A stretch of 64,000 bases of DNA, from positions 71,877-135,876 of the forward strand of contig CAVPOM010000002.1 in assembly GCA_963707025.1 (NCBI GenBank), written 5' to 3'. The notes below the pieces were generated by a model, which ran no database searches, had not been told where the DNA came from, and worked only from the letters and a program-made list of their open reading frames with translations. The DNA is from an uncultured Verrucomicrobiae bacterium (GTDB taxonomy: Bacteria; Verrucomicrobiota; Verrucomicrobiia; Limisphaerales; Palsa-1400). A program made the translations under genes and the position numbers. Shown one piece after another: positions 22,078 to 31,838 of this stretch (positions are counted from its first letter, which is position 1; every line of letters starts with the position of its first letter).

Positions 22078-23607
22078 AATATATGAAATTAAAAACTACC
22101 CTCAATAGAAAAATCTACCTGCCTGCCTCCTTGGGAGGCAGGGTCAAGCTTTCCCGTGAGAAAGCCTCCGGCTTCAGAATACTGAAGCGCGTGCTGCAAT
22201 CCGCCGCTTTGAGCGAGAGGGACGCTGATAAAATCAATCGCGTCCTGGCCGCGATTTAGCTGTTTTGATATTTTCAACATCTTCACTGAGCTGCATCAAC
22301 GCTTCAGTGAGGTCGGAAAGACCTTGGGCGATATAGTTGCAGATGGTTGCCGGATCGCCAGAATGCTTGGTTGCGTTGCGGAAACTGGTTCTGGCTTTTT
22401 CAAGTCTATCGTTGGTGGTCATCTGGATAGTGTGTCGCTCGTTTGAATGATGTCGAGCACTTTTCCGATTTTTTCGGAAACCGAAAACGATGAAAAACCA
22501 ACCCCTAATGACCATTAAACGACGATTTAACCCTCAGTTCCCGCCACCTCTCACCAAAGCCCAAATCAGCCTGCTTTTGGACGGACCCAAGCCGCCACGC
22601 GCCAAAGGCATCCTCAAACCCAGGGCGCGGATTTCAATCCACTGGCGGGGAAGAAAATGAGGCCCTCAAATCTTTAAGTGGGGGGGCGTGGACATCCCAG
22701 CCGTAAACCAGCGGCGTCCTATCACCAGCTATATCCACTGGATGGATTATGGCCTGTCCGCCCTCCCCCGCCGGAATCGGTGACGACGGGGAAAACTTGT
22801 CAAGCCCTAAATTTCAGACAAGCGAATTGGTCTTGACAAGGCCCAAAAACAGCCATTTTTATGAGTGCCGTGGTAAAAGTGTGGCATGTTTAAAAATGAA
22901 CTTGCCCGCTCCGAGACAAGGAGCGGTTTGATAAAATCCGTGGTGAAGATAACCGAATGCGAGACCGTATCGGCAGCGAACGACCTGTTGCGCCAAGGGC
23001 ATCACATCATCGTCGGAATCGCCTTTTCCGGCAATTTCAGGGAGCGCGTAATAACGCCGACGATTATCGTCGGGGAGCTTCCCGCCGACTCCCAATTATA
23101 TAAGCCCTCTTGTCGCTGAAAGACCCATCCTCGCCAACCCTTCGAGTGTATAGAATCCCGAGGAAGCACCACCCGTGGTCGGCGAGTTTTCGGTTCACTT
23201 CATCAAGATCGGTATATTCCTGAATGCAGCCCACGTCTTGCGGGGGCCATGTTGGTGCAGACGCTTCCATATTGTTTTCAGTGTGGGGGTTTGATAATCA
23301 GATGTCCAGAGATTTTATCAACAATCCGTTAGTACACGACCTTATTTCTTGATGGGATTTATCCATGCGCTGATTGGCATTCCGATGATGGTTTTCGGCA
23401 ACGCCGCCAGCCGGATTGAGGAAGTTATCTTCCAGTTGATGCCGGTCGTCATGGGCGTGATTGGCTTCGTTGTCTTTGTGGTATTCGCCGCCGTTTACAA
23501 CCTGCCGGCCTTGTGGGTGGGCGGCTTTGAATTGGAGGTGAAGAACCTCGGGAAGTCATCGGACAGAGGCGGCGCCTGATCCCCCGGCGTCAAAGGCGGC
23601 CGCGTCA

Positions 23608-24399
23608 TCAAAACGGGGCGATGACCTTTGTGGCGTCGAGGCGATAAATCCCGGCCAGGGAACCGTTGTCCATGATGGGGCCGACGTGCAGAGTGCCCGC
23701 GACGGTTACCGGTTGATCCATGACCGGCGGGACGCCCCGGCCCGTCACCCGCACGGTGATCCACTCGTTGATTTTTGGGGGCACCCCGTAACAGCACATG
23801 GATTGGTTGCGCATCAAGAGGAATTCGACGGTCAGGCCGTTGTTCATCGTGACGGGAAGAAGAAAGCCCTGAATGGCCACCTCTTTGCCATCCAGCGATT
23901 GCACCCCGGCGGGAATCTGTCCCCGCGCCTGGGCGGCGGTTTGGGCCGGGCCGGCGGTTCCCTCGGCCATTTCCTGTGTCAACGAGAAATCATACCCGGC
24001 CAGGGTGTTGAAATCGAGGTTTTGGCAGCCCGGAACAGGCGCGCCGGGGGCGGCCAGGCTGGTGATGGACGGCAGGTTGGTCCTGGCCAGGTCCGCCGCC
24101 GTTCCCGCCGTGCCTGCCGGCATGGCGCCGCTGTCATCATTGGATTGGCCCAACACGGTCCTCTCGGCGAGCACCATGCGCCGCTGCACCGACGGAGGCT
24201 TGGGATGCTTGTTCCTGGGTGAAGGGTTGGGGGAGCTTTCAGCCACCGGCGCCGCTGGCGGAGCGGATGCCGCGTCAATTAACTGGCCGCTCAGAGTGGG
24301 AGCCGAGGCGGCTTGTTGGACCTGTGGCGGCCCGTTCCTTTGGCAGGAGGCCCAAAGAAGGAGCAAGGGAAGGCCCGAAGCGATCCACGACTTTTTCAT
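23608..24399 (-). CDS. DUF3299 family lipoprotein
   Basis: LDGKEVAIQGFLLP, EFLL and CCYGVPP motifs. Confidence 0.8.
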   Translation of the reverse strand: MKKSWIASGLPLLLLWASCQRNGPPQVQQAASAPTLSGQLIDAASAPPAAPVAESSPNPSPRNKHPKPPSVQRRMVLAERTVLGQSNDDSGAMPAGTAGTAADLARTNLPSITSLAAPGAPVPGCQNLDFNTLAGYDFSLTQEMAEGTAGPAQTAAQARGQIPAGVQSLDGKEVAIQGFLLPVTMNNGLTVEFLLMRNQSMCCYGVPPKINEWITVRVTGRGVPPVMDQPVTVAGTLHVGPIMDNGSLAGIYRLDATKVIAPF

Positions 24400-24409
24400 C
24401 GCCACAAAT

Positions 24410-25369
24410 TCAGTTGACGCCACCGGGAACCAGGCTGTCACCGCCCGGGCAAGGATTGACCTCGATGGTGACATGGACCAGTTCGCCATGTTCCCGCAGA
24501 AGCTGTTTGTAGGCGGCGGGCGTTTTGGGCTGGCGCGCCACGACCGAGATGACGGCGGCAAATTTATTGACGGCCAACTGCCAGATATGCAGGTCGGCGA
24601 TCACGGTGTCCTCATCGGCTTGGAGGGCCTTTCGGATTTCGCCATTCAAATCAGAACTGTCCGGCTCCTTGTCGAGAAGAATGACATGCGTGTCGCGAAT
24701 CAATGCGCAAGCCCACTGGCTGATGACCGCGCTGCCCACCAGGCCCATCGCCGGATCGAGCCAGACCCAGCCCAGGGTTTTCCCTCCGACCAGCGCGATG
24801 ATGGCCAGCACCGAGGTCACGGCGTCGGCCAGGACATGAAGGTAGGCGGCCCGCAAATTCAGATCGTGGGAACGGCCCGGTCCATGAGAGTGCCGGGCCG
24901 CCCCGGAATGATCGTGCTGATCCCGCAGCAGCAGGGCGCTGGTGAGGTTGACCGCCAGCCCGACGCAAGCCACGGCGATGGCCTGGTTGAAATGAATCGG
25001 CAGCGGACGAAACAAACGATGCACCGATTCGCCCGCCATGAACAGGGCGATTCCGCCCAGCACAATGGCGCTGGTGAAGGCCCCCAGCACGGCGATCTTG
25101 CCCGTGCCGAAGCTGAAGGCGGCGTTGGCGGCGTGCCGGCGGGCCAGCGCGTAAGCGCCCACCGTGATGACAAAGGCGGCCACGTGCGTGGCCATGTGCC
25201 AGCCGTCGGCGAACAGCGCCATGGAGTGCAGCTTCAAGCCGCCCACGATTTCGACCACCATCATGACCGCCGTCAGGACCAGGACGCGGCGGGTGCTTTT
25301 CTCCGCCCTGGAGAATTCGCCGCAAAAATCATGGCTGTGCTGCCATGGTGACAGGCTTGTAGAATGCAT
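24410..25369 (-). CDS. CDF-family Co/Ni/Zn efflux transporter (DmeF-like)
   Basis: SMALFADGWHM, His-rich loop, NLRAAYLHVLADA and DLHIW motifs. Confidence 0.9.
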   Translation of the reverse strand: MHSTSLSPWQHSHDFCGEFSRAEKSTRRVLVLTAVMMVVEIVGGLKLHSMALFADGWHMATHVAAFVITVGAYALARRHAANAAFSFGTGKIAVLGAFTSAIVLGGIALFMAGESVHRLFRPLPIHFNQAIAVACVGLAVNLTSALLLRDQHDHSGAARHSHGPGRSHDLNLRAAYLHVLADAVTSVLAIIALVGGKTLGWVWLDPAMGLVGSAVISQWACALIRDTHVILLDKEPDSSDLNGEIRKALQADEDTVIADLHIWQLAVNKFAAVISVVARQPKTPAAYKQLLREHGELVHVTIEVNPCPGGDSLVPGGVN

Positions 25370-25512
25370 AACTGCTGCTGAATCGGGTTTCACTGCCAAG
25401 AATACAATACCCCTTGCAGGACGTTTTTCAACGCGGAAAATGCCAGGGCGATTTGGAATCGGTTGCCCTTGCATCGGCGGGAAGTTGTGCCATGCTGGAG
25501 GGCCGGTCGCGC

Positions 25513-25589
25513 CGGAGCGTAGCTCAGCCTGGTAGAGCACTTGGTTTGGGACCAAGACGTCGCAGGTTCAAATCCTGTCGCTCCGACCA
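25513..25589 (+). tRNA. tRNA-Pro(TGG), canonical; integration target
   Basis: Full cloverleaf, CTTGG-TTTGGGA-CCAAG anticodon arm, GGTTCAAATCC, CCA. Confidence 0.97.
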
Positions 25590-26852
25590 TTCCGCCACTT
25601 TTGACCCATTGTGACAGAGAGGGACAAAAGGGGACTTTACCCCCGTAAACAAAGGGGTTTTCTCACTTTCCACCATCACCGGCAAAGTGACAATGGTTGA
25701 CAGCAAATGACCCGCTTTGACCAGAGTTTGTGTGTCTAGTTGTGTGTCATCCGCCCCAGGGGTTTCCGCGCGATGGAAGCTCAGTTTCTGAATGGCCTCT
25801 TTCAATGGCAGCATCCGCGCATCGGTGTATGTCTTTGCTGTCTGGTTTGGGTCACGGTGCCTCATCAGCGCCATCCGCACGCGCTCGCTCGGTGTCCCTG
25901 GCGCAAGCTGCGTGCAGAACGTCACGCGGAAGCTGTGGAAGTCCAGCCGCCCATCACCAGTGTCTTTCCAGTCAATCCCCGCCGCCTGCAAGTCCGCATA
26001 AAAGCGTTTGTAACCGGGGAACATTCCCTTGAAAATCAGTTGGTCCTGATTGCATGACGCCGGCTTGATCTCCTGCAATGCCGCCACAAGATCAGGATGC
26101 AACGGCAGATCGTCCTCGTAATGATTCTTGGAGATTGTCGCAGACACGGTGATTCTCGGTTCCGCACCATCCAGCACCACGTCAGCCCACCGCAGTTGCT
26201 TGATCTCCCCTCTCCGAATGCCCGTCAGCACCGCCAGCAAGTAAATCGCCGACCGACTCCCCGCGACGGCCAACAGGCGCTGAATCTCCTCTGCCGTGTA
26301 AGACCGCCGCGCCCGTTTCTGCCGGCCTTGCACCCGCAGCAGTTCCACTTTCGCCAGCGGATTCCGCGCGATGAAACCCAAACGCTCCGCCCACTTGAGG
26401 AACGCCCGCATTGCCACGAGATATTCGTTCAGGGTCTTTGGCGCTTTCTTCTGCTTTTGCCGCCATAATTGAAACGACTCCGCGTTCACATCTTTAAAAT
26501 GCTCCCAGACGCAATCCCTCATCAGGGAGCCGACATAATTTTCCACGCCTTGCACGTATCGTTTCACGCAGCCGCTGGTTTTAAGCTCTTGGACGAAAAC
26601 CGCAAAATGCTCCGCCAGGGGTCTTCCCGCCGCTTCCCGCATCTTCTCTGGCGCAATCAGGCCAACCGATTCTTGACTGTGATCTTTCAATATCTGTTGA
26701 AGTTTCTGGTCCGCTGAGCGCGGTTCCGTGACCTCAAGCGGAATATCCCTCATCCGGTGTTCGCCGGGAAAGCGGACACGCGCCCGATACAACCGGGCAT
26801 AAACCACTTTCCCGTTGCGCCGACGTTTTGGCCGATAAATGTAGGCAATCAT
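25524..26852 (-). CDS. int: Tyrosine integrase
   Basis: TGIRRGE, SKN, FHSFR and MRH...TY catalytic residues; next to att. Confidence 0.93.
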   Translation of the reverse strand: MIAYIYRPKRRRNGKVVYARLYRARVRFPGEHRMRDIPLEVTEPRSADQKLQQILKDHSQESVGLIAPEKMREAAGRPLAEHFAVFVQELKTSGCVKRYVQGVENYVGSLMRDCVWEHFKDVNAESFQLWRQKQKKAPKTLNEYLVAMRAFLKWAERLGFIARNPLAKVELLRVQGRQKRARRSYTAEEIQRLLAVAGSRSAIYLLAVLTGIRRGEIKQLRWADVVLDGAEPRITVSATISKNHYEDDLPLHPDLVAALQEIKPASCNQDQLIFKGMFPGYKRFYADLQAAGIDWKDTGDGRLDFHSFRVTFCTQLAPGTPSERVRMALMRHRDPNQTAKTYTDARMLPLKEAIQKLSFHRAETPGADDTQLDTQTLVKAGHLLSTIVTLPVMVESEKTPLFTGVKSPFVPLCHNGSKVAEWSERQDLNLRRLGPKPSALPG

Positions 26853-27076
26853 ATTTTGCTCCTCTGGGGGAAATCCCCCCTTTGTTCGCGCATCCGCTCA
26901 AGAAACGCTTCAATATCGCTTTGCATCAATCCCACCGCGCGGCCCACCCGCACCAGGCGCGGCAGTTCGCCCCGGTCAGTCATCCGCCGCACCGACCGCA
27001 CACACACGCCCAGGCTCACTGCAATCTCTGGCAATCTCATAACCCGGTCCAGTTTCTTTGCAACATCACTTTGCAT
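26849..27076 (-). CDS. AlpA/HTH excisionase-like protein
   Basis: RLPEIAVSLGVCVRSVRRMTDRGELP; translationally coupled to int. Confidence 0.8.
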   Translation of the reverse strand: MQSDVAKKLDRVMRLPEIAVSLGVCVRSVRRMTDRGELPRLVRVGRAVGLMQSDIEAFLERMREQRGDFPQRSKI

Positions 27077-27689
27077 TTTTGTTCCCCCCGTCAAGTTTTG
27101 CCCTGGCTTTGGCCGCGACCTCACGCCGGGCCTTTGCGCGCGAAAATGTCGGCAAATCCTCATCCAGCATTTCTTGGAAGACTTCCCGGACAATCTCCTT
27201 CAAAGCCTTTCGATTCATTTTTCCCGCCGCCGGGAGCTTCTTTGCTTCGTCCAGAAATTCCCCTTCATGGTCCGGTTTCTCGCCCCCGGCAGCTTCCAGA
27301 TACGCCTCTTTCCGGTCTGGCCGTGTTTTCAGTTCTTCCGCCCAGGCTTTGCACTCGCTTACAGGAATATAAACGTAAGGACGCTTTTTGAGCTTGTCCT
27401 GATACCCGAAGATTGACCGCTTGGCCTCGACAACGTGGAAACAGAACGCCGTCATTTTGCCCTCTTTCAATCTCTTGTAAACCCCCGACCGCGAGACCGG
27501 CGCATACATCCCGACCCCACCAGGGGAAACGAACCCCTCACCGGGGAAATGCTCGCAAAGGGCATCGAACCACGGGCCGGAGTCCTCATCGCTCCCTTCC
27601 CGGCGATAAATTCGCGTATCCGGGTCCGGCTTGCCGACGACCGGTTCCAAGCCCGGCGGGACTTCCAAATACTTAAAATCTTTATTCAT
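27066..27689 (-). CDS. Hypothetical protein with HTH-like segment
   Basis: VSRSGVYKRLKEGKM; in the same operon as xis and int. Confidence 0.6.
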   Translation of the reverse strand: MNKDFKYLEVPPGLEPVVGKPDPDTRIYRREGSDEDSGPWFDALCEHFPGEGFVSPGGVGMYAPVSRSGVYKRLKEGKMTAFCFHVVEAKRSIFGYQDKLKKRPYVYIPVSECKAWAEELKTRPDRKEAYLEAAGGEKPDHEGEFLDEAKKLPAAGKMNRKALKEIVREVFQEMLDEDLPTFSRAKARREVAAKARAKLDGGNKNAK

Positions 27690-28204
27690 TATCCACACCA
27701 ATACACCGCGCTCCACATAATGTCAACCTTTTTCTTTTGAGAGGTAAAATGGCAACCGAAGGGATTTCCCCGCGGCTCGTTCCCGTGTCGTCATCCGGCT
27801 TGCTCAAGGCAGGAAGGCCAAGCCGAATGCCAACACGCGAACGCTCCGCCCCGACAAGTGCCTGGTCGTGAAGTCGCTGGATTCCAGCTTGCGCCCTGTT
27901 TGCCCTTCGCAACATGGAATCCACCGCCATCACCACCAGGAGGTTGAAGGCAGCGAGGGAAGACCGCTTTTGGGGGCGCAATGTTATTTTCCGCTGTCGC
28001 GGACACGCAGAAGTCCGACTATGGCAGCACTCGCTCTTAGGCGCTGGCTGTCCGGTTGTTTGCCCCCGGTTCTTGAAGGCCCCCGCCCCGAAATCAACCC
28101 TTCAATGCGATCAAACACAATGGTTGACCAGCCCACCCCGTGTCGCATAGAGTTAATCCGCTCAAATTTGAATATAGCCCCCGTGTGGCGACGAGATTGC
28201 CAAA

Positions 28205-29305
28205 ATGAGCGAACGAATCCAAGACAAGATGGGCATGAAGATGGAGCGCGGCGAATTCACCGGCGGCGAGTTCGCACCGTACGGATTCGACTTTGGCGAG
28301 GGACATTGGCTGGAATACTCCGTCCAGGAGGAAGATGCTAACGGACACATCCACACCAAAATCAAGCGTAAACGTTCCAACACGAGGCAGCCGTTATTAG
28401 AAAACCCCGTTGAACAGGATCGCCTGCGCCAAATGGCCGCTTGGCGCGAAAGTGGCCTTTCATACACGAAGATCGCGGCTGAAGCCAACCGTCTCGGGTG
28501 GCCGACCAAAACAGGACGCTCCCCGTGGCAGGCGGGCAACATCGCCGGTGTCCTGCAAACCAAACATACGAAACGCCTGCTATCTAACATCCCTGCTGAC
28601 GACCGACAAGGCATTGACCAAATAGATGGCAGACCGACGGGCAAATCTCTTCAACTACGAAGCAAACATCTCAAACCTGGCGGTTCATACCGCCATCGCG
28701 GCGGCCTTGCGGTAAGAACAATTGACGCAATTCATGGGAACACGGTCTATTGGCACGACCACGTAGGTAAAGGCCACTGCACAAAGCAAACCTTCTTAAA
28801 ATTGTGCATCTCCATTGCAACCGACCAAGATTTTGACCAAGTCCAAGAATCGGTTCAGGAACTCGCGGTCAGCCGGGACAAACAGGAACAGGATGAAGAG
28901 AGCCGCCGACGAGTGGAGGCGTTTTTGAAATTGTGCGTTGATGCCAATAAAACCAACATCACTCATGTCGTGATCGGCAGCCCTTCTGAGCTTGGAATGA
29001 CCTACGATGAAATCATGCACAACTTGTCCGTGCTCGAAAAGTACCGCCTGTACTTGCGCATTATACGTCCCACCCCAACACCCAGTTTTTACGTATATCG
29101 GCCAAGCAGTAACCAGATACGGGCACCAGCGGTCTTTAGCCAGGAAGAAATTGAGAATCTAAAGATTCCGGCGGGATTTGAGGCCGCTCATACCGAATGG
29201 ATTAAGCAAGGCGCACCAAAAAGGCAGTATCGAACCCCCAGCTACTACGAGTCACTGTACCTGGGGCTTGGTCCGAAATGCTGTCTTAGAGCGGGACTTC
29301 CATAA
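28205..29305 (+). CDS. Protein with serine-recombinase DNA-binding domain but no catalytic domain
   Basis: APYGF, ENPVEQ, GLSYTKIAAEANRLGWPTK and W...IAGVL motifs. Confidence 0.65.
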   Translation: MSERIQDKMGMKMERGEFTGGEFAPYGFDFGEGHWLEYSVQEEDANGHIHTKIKRKRSNTRQPLLENPVEQDRLRQMAAWRESGLSYTKIAAEANRLGWPTKTGRSPWQAGNIAGVLQTKHTKRLLSNIPADDRQGIDQIDGRPTGKSLQLRSKHLKPGGSYRHRGGLAVRTIDAIHGNTVYWHDHVGKGHCTKQTFLKLCISIATDQDFDQVQESVQELAVSRDKQEQDEESRRRVEAFLKLCVDANKTNITHVVIGSPSELGMTYDEIMHNLSVLEKYRLYLRIIRPTPTPSFYVYRPSSNQIRAPAVFSQEEIENLKIPAGFEAAHTEWIKQGAPKRQYRTPSYYESLYLGLGPKCCLRAGLP

Positions 29306-29813
29306 ATGTCTCCGTTGCGGTGGTGTTGCCACGCAAGCGCATCATCTGAATTACAACTACGTCGGAACTGAGCATCTACATCCAGAATGTTTGGTGTCAG
29401 TCTGCCGCCCTTGCCACGGACTGGTCGAATACGCCAGACATGCGGAATCGCTAATTTCACGAATGGAACGAAGGCTTGGCGCTCTCGACGATGGGCAAGA
29501 GCTGCCACGAGCCTACTCGCGTTTAATTGACTACAAGGCGAAACTGGTCGAGTTGCGCAGACTTTTCTCCGAGGGAATACCGCACACGAGCGAACGAGAG
29601 CCAACGGATGTTCCCTTTTTGGACCGCTACCGGGATTACCTTCGCCAAGATACCGAAAAGAAAGCCTTCGCAGCATCGGAACTTCAATCCTGGCCCGGCA
29701 CTGATGACGAAAAGCGCGCCCGAATCCGCGACTTGCTCCGAAAAGAAATCGAAAGCGTGCGGACTTTTGTGGAGCAAGTCCTTCAGCCATACCGAACACA
29801 AAATCCACTCTGA
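29178..29813 (+). CDS. HNH nuclease-like protein (start uncertain; may be a frameshifted continuation of the upstream ORF)
   Basis: VLERDFHKCLRCG, AHHLNY and LVSVCRPCH motifs. Confidence 0.7.
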   Translation: MRPLIPNGLSKAHQKGSIEPPATTSHCTWGLVRNAVLERDFHKCLRCGGVATQAHHLNYNYVGTEHLHPECLVSVCRPCHGLVEYARHAESLISRMERRLGALDDGQELPRAYSRLIDYKAKLVELRRLFSEGIPHTSEREPTDVPFLDRYRDYLRQDTEKKAFAASELQSWPGTDDEKRARIRDLLRKEIESVRTFVEQVLQPYRTQNPL

Positions 29814-29853
29814 CGCACCAGCGAAGCGACTAAGCAATCAAAGCCCGGCCATT

Positions 29854-30456
29854 TTAACCGCAGGGGCCAATTAGGCATGGTTCTTTCATGTAGTGGGGGC
29901 GTTCATTCATGAACTTGCTGCTTCGATCCGGGCAAATTCCTAAAAACCCGTAGGCCACAACGGGTTTGCCCGAATACTTCGCCGCGTTGGCAACAATCGC
30001 CGTAGCACGTCCCGAACCGTCTTCGACGTACCACTTTGCTGGGAGCTCATCCTCTACCGCCCTTCTGAGAATAAATGGCTCGCACTGCGCGAACACATCG
30101 CCCTGTTGAACACGTTTAAACCAAGAAGGATTAGTCTTAGGTTTCCAGTCGCGCAGGCAGCCTTTCGTTTCCAGGCCGCGAAGGTCACGAGGCCCATTGG
30201 TTTCTCTCGCAATCGTCTCAACCACGGCACAGTTCCTCAAGTTGTCCAGAGTAAGTTCTACGTGGTTCCACTCAGAAAAGCCTACAATCATCCCGGGCTT
30301 AAAGCGGGCCTGGGAAAGCACATTGTCCAGAAAGTCGGGGTCATCCCAATTCCACTGTGCAAAGTCTGGCAACGGTATTCCCTTTTTCGCGGCGTCGTAG
30401 CGTACGTACGCTTCGATCACTTTGCGCCTTGGCACGTTCACATAGATAGATCGCAT
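29854..30456 (-). CDS. Hypothetical protein (ParB-like YVEDGSGR motif)
   Basis: 200-aa ORF; family call weak. Confidence 0.55.
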   Translation of the reverse strand: MRSIYVNVPRRKVIEAYVRYDAAKKGIPLPDFAQWNWDDPDFLDNVLSQARFKPGMIVGFSEWNHVELTLDNLRNCAVVETIARETNGPRDLRGLETKGCLRDWKPKTNPSWFKRVQQGDVFAQCEPFILRRAVEDELPAKWYVEDGSGRATAIVANAAKYSGKPVVAYGFLGICPDRSSKFMNERPHYMKEPCLIGPCG

Positions 30457-30530
30457 ATTATCGTTTTCTTCCCGCATCGGGCAGAATGTTCGCCCACGAA
30501 CCGGCAGCAGTCCAGTTTCATCGCTTGGCC

Positions 30531-31838
30531 TCAAATCAGCAATGGGAACAACCGCCTTGCACCAGCTTGGCGAAGCCTGGGCGCCGAACTGAGCAAAGCG
30601 GGAATCCGCTCCATCCAAAACTCAACGCCCGCAAATAGTTTGACAGTGAAATCTCGCGCGAACAACTGCCCCTTCCGCATCTTCGCCCGCTTCTCCTTCG
30701 GGCAGGTCGCCATGCGATAACGGCGCATTACCCGGCGCAGCTTCAACGCCTGCCCATTCGTCAACTCCAGAACATCCCGGCGACCAAGAGGCAGATTCTT
30801 ACGGCCCACAATGCCCCAAAACCGCCCCGGCTTCGCAGACCAAATACACTCGCCAGTCTTCGCAACATACTTCTTCGCCGCATACGCGAAGGCACCGCGC
30901 TTCGAGCCAAGCGTTTGAACCGACGTGCCCGCCCGATAATGCTTCACCTCGCCGCTCCCCACCACGTCATACCAATTCCTCGCAAACCAATTCGCAATCG
31001 AATCCCCGTTCACGACAGACGGACACTTGCCATGCGGCTCTACTCGGATGGCACCCCACCCTTCGCGCTCATCCACCAGGGCGCTATGACCCTCCACCCA
31101 TGCACTCCCGCCCAAAACATCCTCATCCCAAACCACCACAGTGCCCACCATCCGGCGGCGCAAACGAACTTGCTCCGTCTGCATGGTCTTCCACTCAAAA
31201 CCCCACGGCACGCCCCAGACAAACGCATGGATATGCGGCGCGATCTTCCCCTTGTTCACCCCGCTTTTACGAGGCTGAAATTCCAGCTTCCACATCAAAC
31301 AACCGTCAGGGAACCGGCGGGCAAACCGTTTGGACAACGTATCAATGTGCCGCTTCACCTGTTCGCCATCCCAGGCGTAACGGTCAAACTCATCAGGATA
31401 CGTCAGACCCGCCATGAACGGCACCGCACCATCATCCACCTTCGCCAAGTAATCCAACATCCGCCGCCGTGACGCCGCCGTGAACTCCTCGATTTCGCCA
31501 CGCTCACCACCGCGACGCTCAGGACCGCGCAGATGTCCCTCAGAACGGCAGCGCAACTGCATGAAGCTCGCGTTGCGATAAACTTGCAACATGCCATTGC
31601 TCGTATTTGGCGGTGAATTATGCACCTTAGACAAGCCAGGTGGAACGCATGGGGTCGGCGGCCAGGCGGCCGGTGAACCGTCCACCTGGCCACCGACCCG
31701 CATTGCGGCCACAACGGCGGCAGCCTGCTCGAAAGTAGTGACCGGGGAGGAATCGAAGGAATCATTGCGCACGATCCACCCCCAAACGCGAAGCCTCAAG
31801 GAAAGCTGGCCCTCCCGCATCGTCCGTTGACACCACAT
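30531..31838 (-). CDS. Rolling-circle replication initiator (HUH endonuclease); start uncertain
   Basis: Motif I (LTYP), motif II (WKLEFQ...PHIH), motif III (YAAKKY) and GRFWG. Confidence 0.8.
   Translation of the reverse strand: MWCQRTMREGQLSLRLRVWGWIVRNDSFDSSPVTTFEQAAAVVAAMRVGGQVDGSPAAWPPTPCVPPGLSKVHNSPPNTSNGMLQVYRNASFMQLRCRSEGHLRGPERRGGERGEIEEFTAASRRRMLDYLAKVDDGAVPFMAGLTYPDEFDRYAWDGEQVKRHIDTLSKRFARRFPDGCLMWKLEFQPRKSGVNKGKIAPHIHAFVWGVPWGFEWKTMQTEQVRLRRRMVGTVVVWDEDVLGGSAWVEGHSALVDEREGWGAIRVEPHGKCPSVVNGDSIANWFARNWYDVVGSGEVKHYRAGTSVQTLGSKRGAFAYAAKKYVAKTGECIWSAKPGRFWGIVGRKNLPLGRRDVLELTNGQALKLRRVMRRYRMATCPKEKRAKMRKGQLFARDFTVKLFAGVEFWMERIPALLSSAPRLRQAGARRLFPLLI

Larger units (their letters stand above)
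18047..23341. mobile_element. IS1-family cargo transposon, 5295 bp
   Basis: Perfect 28-bp TIRs (GGTCGTGTACTAACGGATTGTTGATAAA; 18047-18074 and 23314-23341); 8-bp TSD TTATTTCT; internal IS1-like transposase. Confidence 0.9.
17971..23579 (+). pseudogene. Small membrane protein gene interrupted by the IS1-family transposon (parts 17971-18046 and 23350-23579)
   Basis: Removing the element and one TSD copy restores a continuous frame: MFILKGQLIRISVLQSSKKAALLYF|LMGFIHALIGIPM... Confidence 0.8.
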
